Origin: a virus
Lineage: Duplodnaviria > Caudoviricetes
Length of the DNA stretch: 64,000 nucleotides
Strand: one strand, 5' to 3'
Virus record (IMG/VR): IMGVR_UViG_3300032038_000022
Span: 1-64,000 of that record
Of the stretch, positions 57,786 to 64,000 are shown piece after piece (the stretch's first letter is position 1; the number at the start of each line of letters is the position of its first letter). Under the pieces are notes generated by a model. It did not search any database. It saw only the letters and a list, made by a program, of their open reading frames with translations, and was not told the DNA's origin. A program made the position numbers and the translations under genes.

Positions 57786-58742
57786 TTAACTATAAATTTG
57801 TTTAAATCCACTAATAGTAGTTGGTTCAATTAATGTATATACATAATAGTCTACTCCATCAATATTAAGCTCAGTTTTTGTATATGAATTTATATATTCG
57901 AAACCGTTAGCATCTTTAATGGAGTTCAAAGTGCTAAAGTATTTAGGATAAGCATAGAAAACTCTACCACTTGTTGGGGAAGATGCATCTAGATTAATTT
58001 CACTCCATGTAGAATTACGGCTTCCTTGTTTTAGTTTTGTTGTTGTTTTAATATCCTCTACACTTGGTATCCAAGAACTTCCAACAATTCCTCTATAACA
58101 AGGATCGACAAAAACTACCGATAAACTTTTTGAATTATAAATTCCTTCATACGTTCCAGTGATTATATAGGTTTCCGTAGAGTATGAATTTTCAGTAGTA
58201 ATTATTGTTTTTCCAGTAGTTCCTGAAACATCTACTAATGATCCTGCCCTACCAAAAAGAACTTTAGAATCAGTTGTGACATTTCTTCCTCGTCTACTAA
58301 TCTCCCAAGTAAAGTTTAAAGTTGTTTCGGTTTTTGTATACTCTAAAGTACTACAATTGAGACTAATAGTAACTGGGAATACAGATTCCTGCAATTCTTG
58401 AATTACCCCAGAATCAACTTCTCTCCAGCCATTTTCATTATCAAAGGAAAAATTAGAACTAAAATATTCCCAGACTTGAAGATTTCCATTAGATCCTATA
58501 AATTTAGCTTTTACACCGGGAACTTTAACTGAGTCTTCTAGATTATCTACAAGAGTGGTTATAGCAGTTAGGAGAGTATATTTTTCTCCTTCCCCAAGTG
58601 GCCAGAGAACATCTAAGTTATATTCTTCTAAGAGAAGGGTAAGTTTTTTCCTAGATTGAGTATGCATTATAGCATCAGTCAATGTACCAGGATATATATA
58701 TTCTCCCTCCTCTGTAAAAATAAAAATGTTATTCTCTTCCAT
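57786..58742 (-). CDS. Virion structural protein
   Basis: YAYP...L.SIKD.NGF...YYVY C-terminal domain. Confidence 0.6.
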   Translation of the reverse strand: MEENNIFIFTEEGEYIYPGTLTDAIMHTQSRKKLTLLLEEYNLDVLWPLGEGEKYTLLTAITTLVDNLEDSVKVPGVKAKFIGSNGNLQVWEYFSSNFSFDNENGWREVDSGVIQELQESVFPVTISLNCSTLEYTKTETTLNFTWEISRRGRNVTTDSKVLFGRAGSLVDVSGTTGKTIITTENSYSTETYIITGTYEGIYNSKSLSVVFVDPCYRGIVGSSWIPSVEDIKTTTKLKQGSRNSTWSEINLDASSPTSGRVFYAYPKYFSTLNSIKDANGFEYINSYTKTELNIDGVDYYVYTLIEPTTISGFKQIYS

Positions 58743-59340
58743 AATTGTATTCTATATTGAAATAATCACAGATTCCTTTAATAATTATTTCGCACAATGT
58801 TTCTTTACCATTATCACTTAAAAGGTAATTAACATCATCTTTATTATCCATGAATAGATTTTCTACTAGGATAGCTGGCATTGAAGTTTTCTGCAAGACT
58901 GTAAATTTAGCTGTCCAATATTTATGATTTGGATCTGGGACTCTAACTTTTATTCCTCGTATACCGGCTTCAATAGCCATTAGTGATGCAAGTTTTTTGG
59001 AATTAGAGCTTGCTGTAGGACTAATAAAAACTGACCAGCCTCTAGCATTCATCCATTTTCCATTTCCAGCTGCATTTACGTGGGGACTTATAAAAATTGA
59101 TTTTCCATTATGTGCTTTAGCAAAGGCATTAGCTCTTTTACATCTATTTAGTAAACCAATTTCTTTTCCATTATCCTCACTAGGAGGACTTGTTCTTACG
59201 TGCTCGATTCCAATTTCATCGAGTCTTTTCTCAATCATACCTATAAGTTCTCGTGACCAAAGGTATTCCAGAAGTTTTCCATCAGGACTTCTTTTACCTG
59301 CAACTAATTTTTGATGTGCGGGATCTAAGATTACTAACAT
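58729..59340 (-). CDS. N-acetylmuramoyl-L-alanine amidase (Amidase_3), endolysin
   Basis: ILDPAH, E, ISPHVNA, ARGW, PAILVENLFMDN. Confidence 0.92.
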   Translation of the reverse strand: MLVILDPAHQKLVAGKRSPDGKLLEYLWSRELIGMIEKRLDEIGIEHVRTSPPSEDNGKEIGLLNRCKRANAFAKAHNGKSIFISPHVNAAGNGKWMNARGWSVFISPTASSNSKKLASLMAIEAGIRGIKVRVPDPNHKYWTAKFTVLQKTSMPAILVENLFMDNKDDVNYLLSDNGKETLCEIIIKGICDYFNIEYNYGRE

Positions 59341-59343
59341 ATA

Positions 59344-60489
59344 TTACTTAATTTCGATTACTATTGAACTACCTGTTTGAATAAATCCAGTTCTGAGTTG
59401 AACGTAAGGGATAACAACCCCTCTCTCATTAATTATATTTATATTTGTCTGATTAAAATCTGAATTATAAAACCCTCCGACATACGTATTATAAGAAGTT
59501 TTCCAGAAAGTTTCCGGCACTAAGATATAAGCATACTTACCTCCTGAACAGTCAAATGAGTTTGCTGACATTGTTCCAGTTTCAGTATACCAAGAAGTAA
59601 ATTCACTAAGGGAAGTATAAGAGATATTATTTCCTAAACTTTCACTAGATGAAGTTCCGATGAAATACTTATACCCAAATTTAATATATGCATTCGTCGT
59701 AGCTGAATTTTTATTATTTAGCCAAGAAGTGATAGTAAAGGTATAAGTTTTATTCGTATTACTTTCTAACCCTTCTTTACCAACCCATCTATTTAATTCA
59801 GTTGTTCCGATAATAGGGGCAGTAACTGTGGATCTGATAGAAGTACATTCTTCTCCTTTTTTATTTAATGTCCAAGTTATTTCTGGAAGTATCCAAGATC
59901 CAGCAGGTATCCAATAAGTTTCTGAAGTGCCTTTAGGATTTTGTTGTAAGGATACTCGTTCATTTTCTATTAATGTCTCCATTAAAATAATATCTTGCTC
60001 ATTAATAATTCCATCTTCATTAAAGTCACAATCATCTGAGTAAGTATTATTTGTAATGTGATTAATAATATTTTCTGTAAAGTCTTGTTTTACATTATCA
60101 AGTTCTCCCGTTCCTGTATAAGCCGGTCCTATGACAGCAGCAATACTAGGAGGGAACAGTTTATTCTCGAGTTCATCAACAGTTTCCTGAAGGGTGTCCA
60201 CTGTGGCATTTATATCATCAGCATAATCTTTAACGGCGCCAACAGAAATAGCACGTTGGTAACTATCCGAATCAATAGAGTCACTAACTCTTGTAAACCA
60301 ATGTCCAGTTTCTTCATTCTCTCTGGAACTGTCGTAAATATACCAAATTCCATCAATACATGTTTCAAAACCTTCAGGTATGGGAGTATCCCAATTCTTT
60401 AAGTCAGATGATCTTTTACATTGATTTTGACGAGAATCTAAGAATTCCTCACCTTTATATGAAAAGTTTGTTGCAATAATTGCTGACAT
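59344..60489 (-). CDS. Virion structural protein containing a dockerin/EF-hand-like loop
   Basis: NF.YKG..FLDSR N-terminus; DFNEDGIINEQD; ATG 60489 preferred. Confidence 0.65.
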   Translation of the reverse strand: MSAIIATNFSYKGEEFLDSRQNQCKRSSDLKNWDTPIPEGFETCIDGIWYIYDSSRENEETGHWFTRVSDSIDSDSYQRAISVGAVKDYADDINATVDTLQETVDELENKLFPPSIAAVIGPAYTGTGELDNVKQDFTENIINHITNNTYSDDCDFNEDGIINEQDIILMETLIENERVSLQQNPKGTSETYWIPAGSWILPEITWTLNKKGEECTSIRSTVTAPIIGTTELNRWVGKEGLESNTNKTYTFTITSWLNNKNSATTNAYIKFGYKYFIGTSSSESLGNNISYTSLSEFTSWYTETGTMSANSFDCSGGKYAYILVPETFWKTSYNTYVGGFYNSDFNQTNINIINERGVVIPYVQLRTGFIQTGSSIVIEIK

Positions 60490-60554
60490 ATTATTTAATT
60501 TATAAAAATAGAGAGGACTTCCTATCAAAAGGTAAATCCTCCCTAAAAATTATT

Positions 60555-63500
60555 TTAATTACCACTAGTACCTAAATTGTAGTTCGTAGATAGATCAATA
60601 TACTGTTCCTTTGCATGTTCGTTGCTATAACCGTAGTATAGATATCGAATCCAAGAACTCTTAATTGAAGTTTGTACAGATTCTGGGAAATTATTATTCC
60701 AGGATATCTTCTCATTTATAGTCTCTTCCTGATAGGTACCTGATGTAATATTAATACGATTTGTCTTAGTATCTTTAATAGGACTAACAGCTTTATAACA
60801 GAATGCACCAGCAATATCTGTAAGTTTATTAGTACTAAAAATTCCTGAGATTGAATAAGTATTTTCATCTTGATCATCGTATCTACAAGCAGCGAAGATT
60901 CCTCTAATATCCAAACTATTATTTTTAAGTGAATTAAAAACTCCGAGAAATGGATTATTGCCAAAGTAAACTCCTTGGAATGTACCATTTAGTGTTGTAA
61001 TCTTTGGAGCATAGGAGAAGAAATCTTTAGGGATTAAGTAAGTTTCTTCTTCTCCTTTGTTATCCTCATCCAACTTAGCTAAGCTTGAAAGACCTTTACA
61101 ATTATAGAAGAATTCACTAAAGTCTCTAACCTCATTAAGATAGACTAGAAGATATGGACAAATACGACCACGCATCCAGCTACTTATATCAATACCATTT
61201 GTAGCTTCACCACTTCCACACCACTTAAACATACCAATTACATTAGCTGATTCAGTGCTTGTGTTTTTCATATACGATAGAAGATCTGGAGCACAGAAGA
61301 AATTAAGAGTGGAACCTTTCTTCTCGCTGTTACTTCTTGCTGGAGTAAGGTCTGTGCTAATATCTTCATAGCAGAATACTTGATCAATATTAGTGTCTCC
61401 TAGGAAAGCCTTAAGTTTATCTTGTTTTCCATCATAAATTTTGGAAATATCAACTAAGACTGTTTCTTGTTTGGAATCTTTTCTTATTTTCCACATACCG
61501 CTCTCTTTCGAGATTGTATATTTGAATGGTATATATGAAGTATTTACATACTCGATATTTTCCCAAGGAGTTCCTTCAGTAGTTGTAGTTGGTGTCAAGC
61601 GATCAATTAAGTTTTGAGCATTACCATAAGTCGTGACGTAATTTACATCATATTTTTCAATACTACCACATCCATAGAATGCTTGAAATGCGTAACGAAT
61701 CTTTCTATTGTAATTAGCAAAGTAAACTGTCTTTATGTGACTTGAGTCGTTAAAATCAAATTCCTTTTTTGTTTTCCAAGTAATAACTCCTTCAGCATTC
61801 TTTGTATATGCCTCATCTGGATCGTCTGTTCCGTAATAAACTTTTGACGTTTTAACATGTCCATGATAGAATAATTTAGCAGGAATTTGACCCTCTAATT
61901 GTGAATTATTATTATTGGATACATCGTGGTAGAATATCTGAGTAATATTCTCAAGCTTAGTACAATCTTTAAAACCTTCAGAAATTAGTTTATAAGGGAT
62001 ATTACAGTTTTTAAGAAATGCTGCTACATTCCTCAATTGCCTACATTCAGAGAATAAATCTCCTGGGAATTCAAATGGAGTAATACCAGCATAATCCCCT
62101 CCATCAATAAGTTGTATATCTTGGAATAATCCAGGACAATTAACTAAGACGTCTTTACATGGATCAAAAATCTTGTATGGGAATTCACTTTGATTAATAT
62201 ATTTCCTTAAACCACTACCATTAAATCCAGTTATAGTGTTGGGATTACCTGTCCAATTATCTACAGTTATGTTAGTAAATCCACCATTATTATCTACTGT
62301 ATCGTGATAACCTATATTCTGTAAATTAGTGAATCCGTTAAACATTCCAGAGGTAATAGGGAATTTAACTTTTCCATCTCTATCCCAATGGTTATAATCG
62401 GTACTTGCATTGGAAACTTTAAACGAATTAGATATTGTATCCAAATTTCTTTTGTTGCTGAATATTTTTTGGAGATCAATTGTTCCTCTACCATAGCTGG
62501 TATTAAATGAGTTTATTACGGTTGTTACTCCAGTTAAAATCTTTAAGGTATCATAATTTAGGTAGGATGGTGAACAAATAGCGTTAATTGATGTGAGCTT
62601 TGGCAGATCCTTAAAGAAATCAGTCATGTTACCCATCTTTTGTATAACTGAATCATTATGCGAAGATATTTGCTCTTCTAGCGAATTAACTCTACTATAA
62701 TCTAATGAATCAATCTCATCATAAATATATGGAAAATCTTGATAACTTATATTAGTTAAATACGGATAAGTTGGATGAGTTGTATCATTCTTACGTCTAA
62801 AGAAGAAACGACTGATATAACCACCCACATCAAATAATCTAGCAAAACTTGTTAAATTAACCAGAGGACTAATAAGACCATTATCAATAGTTACATTACC
62901 TTCAGCATCATGATCAGGACATGGAAATTTAGTATTATCAGAGCCCGTAATCATTTCACTAATGCTGGTAATACTAGAGCATCCATAGAACATATAACGA
63001 TTAGGTTGATTGCCTTCATTAAATGCAAATCTCTTTTCTCCACTATTATTACCCCAGAATGATCTATAACCTAATTGATCAACCTTCATATTACTTAAGG
63101 CTAATGCATTAAGAATATAGTAAATATCAAACTGTGTACAAGACGTATCGTTGCAGATCTGGTCAAGAACTTTTTTCTTTCTATCAAATTGAATATTAGT
63201 TACATTATCACCATCCTTCCACCAACCCGATGATGTATTATAGAAGATCGGATTAGATACATTAGGATCTTGATTATTATTATAACTAATGAGTCCATTA
63301 AGTTTTGCTACTATAGTATCATGATCATCAGAAGTTCCAATATTTGACAGAATTTCAAGTGGCATAAGAACTACACCATTACTTCTAGTTTTAGCACTAT
63401 TACCCCATGCCTCAGACGTTTTACCATGAATAGAGAATCTTGTTAGACCTTTGAAGCAAGAGTCACAACCTATAATTAAATTACCATATACCCTCTCAAG

Positions 63501-64000
63501 ATACGTACAGTTTTCAAAAGGGGTGTAAATCGGAATAGGTCTAAGTCGATTATTAGCAAAACGAATTTTAGTTACGACAGGATTATTTCTAATAGTAACA
63601 CTACTTAAACTTGTCATAGGAGATAAGTCAAGTAATGTCGAATCTGTATTAGGAATGTTATTATATGTAATACTAGAAAGTTTAGCAGAATCAATATTAA
63701 AGGTAGTAAGTTTATCACAAGTTCCATTTATAGTAAGACTCTTCAGGTTTGAACATCCTCCAAGATTGAGAGTTACCAAGTTTGTAGCATTAATAATTAC
63801 ATTTTCAAGATTATTTGCTGAATTCTCAGAACTAACTGCCAAAGAAGTAATGTATGGTCCGTCAACAGTTATTTTCTTAAGTTTTGTACAAGTTTCTATA
63901 GTAACTCTTTCAAAATTAGTAAGCGTAAGTTCTTCAAGTGCACTATCTGCAATAGTGAGACTAGCATTCCTTTTTTCTTTTGCATCTAGAGTAAGATATT
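60555..64000 (-). CDS. Very large leucine-rich-repeat (BspA/DUF285-like) virion protein, 5' truncated
   Basis: Frame open to the window end; repeated F..C..L..I...F and L..L.L..C..L units. Confidence 0.75.
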   Translation of the reverse strand, partial: YLTLDAKEKRNASLTIADSALEELTLTNFERVTIETCTKLKKITVDGPYITSLAVSSENSANNLENVIINATNLVTLNLGGCSNLKSLTINGTCDKLTTFNIDSAKLSSITYNNIPNTDSTLLDLSPMTSLSSVTIRNNPVVTKIRFANNRLRPIPIYTPFENCTYLERVYGNLIIGCDSCFKGLTRFSIHGKTSEAWGNSAKTRSNGVVLMPLEILSNIGTSDDHDTIVAKLNGLISYNNNQDPNVSNPIFYNTSSGWWKDGDNVTNIQFDRKKKVLDQICNDTSCTQFDIYYILNALALSNMKVDQLGYRSFWGNNSGEKRFAFNEGNQPNRYMFYGCSSITSISEMITGSDNTKFPCPDHDAEGNVTIDNGLISPLVNLTSFARLFDVGGYISRFFFRRKNDTTHPTYPYLTNISYQDFPYIYDEIDSLDYSRVNSLEEQISSHNDSVIQKMGNMTDFFKDLPKLTSINAICSPSYLNYDTLKILTGVTTVINSFNTSYGRGTIDLQKIFSNKRNLDTISNSFKVSNASTDYNHWDRDGKVKFPITSGMFNGFTNLQNIGYHDTVDNNGGFTNITVDNWTGNPNTITGFNGSGLRKYINQSEFPYKIFDPCKDVLVNCPGLFQDIQLIDGGDYAGITPFEFPGDLFSECRQLRNVAAFLKNCNIPYKLISEGFKDCTKLENITQIFYHDVSNNNNSQLEGQIPAKLFYHGHVKTSKVYYGTDDPDEAYTKNAEGVITWKTKKEFDFNDSSHIKTVYFANYNRKIRYAFQAFYGCGSIEKYDVNYVTTYGNAQNLIDRLTPTTTTEGTPWENIEYVNTSYIPFKYTISKESGMWKIRKDSKQETVLVDISKIYDGKQDKLKAFLGDTNIDQVFCYEDISTDLTPARSNSEKKGSTLNFFCAPDLLSYMKNTSTESANVIGMFKWCGSGEATNGIDISSWMRGRICPYLLVYLNEVRDFSEFFYNCKGLSSLAKLDEDNKGEEETYLIPKDFFSYAPKITTLNGTFQGVYFGNNPFLGVFNSLKNNSLDIRGIFAACRYDDQDENTYSISGIFSTNKLTDIAGAFCYKAVSPIKDTKTNRINITSGTYQEETINEKISWNNNFPESVQTSIKSSWIRYLYYGYSNEHAKEQYIDLSTNYNLGTSGN

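Noticed and set aside
1471-62494. Numerous short antisense ORFs in the track (e.g. 2077-2307, 11823-12101, 35898-36248, 52691-53038, 58997-59314)
   Set aside because: They lie opposite longer, motif-bearing genes and are shadow ORFs.
1-64000. Stop-codon reassignment as in Lak or some crAss-like phages
   Set aside because: Genes are full length in code 11; TAG and TGA end genes right before terminators or coupled starts; no suppressor tRNA seen.

Overview
AT-rich 64 kb segment of what looks like a large (jumbo-type) dsDNA phage, most likely infecting Bacteroidota. Evidence for the host: a TAnnT(A/T)TG-like promoter box, no obvious Shine-Dalgarno sites, and DUF4376/DUF1566-type tail proteins. 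The standard genetic code fits. About 1-47.7 kb is an accessory/early region of short transcription units, many starting at a CCTTA-N4-TG box. It carries translation and RNA-repair genes (PrfH, IF-1, Thg1-like, a split RNA ligase, tRNA-CAT, tRNA-Gln), a nicotinamidase, a vWA protein, TelA, a radical SAM pair, a Clp/FtsH-like protease, a complete ABC-transporter/OmpA operon, two orphan ABC-type ATPases and two related helicase-like cassettes. About 47.9-64 kb is a minus-strand virion/tail and lysis module. Most notable: (1) an RNA-rich transcription unit at 6.1-7.6 kb with tRNA-like RNAs carrying aberrant anticodon arms and a coiled-coil gene followed by a ~276-nt closed-stem RNA with periodic AAAG repeats; (2) two copies of a helicase-like gene that share a conserved non-coding end, suggesting a mobile or replicon unit; (3) tandem CLec-type receptor-binding genes with DGR-like variable ends, duplicated through a 19-bp repeat; (4) an unannotated 55-aa CysRS-anticodon-domain-like ORF inside the ABC operon. 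All family assignments come from motif recognition by eye; no searches were run.
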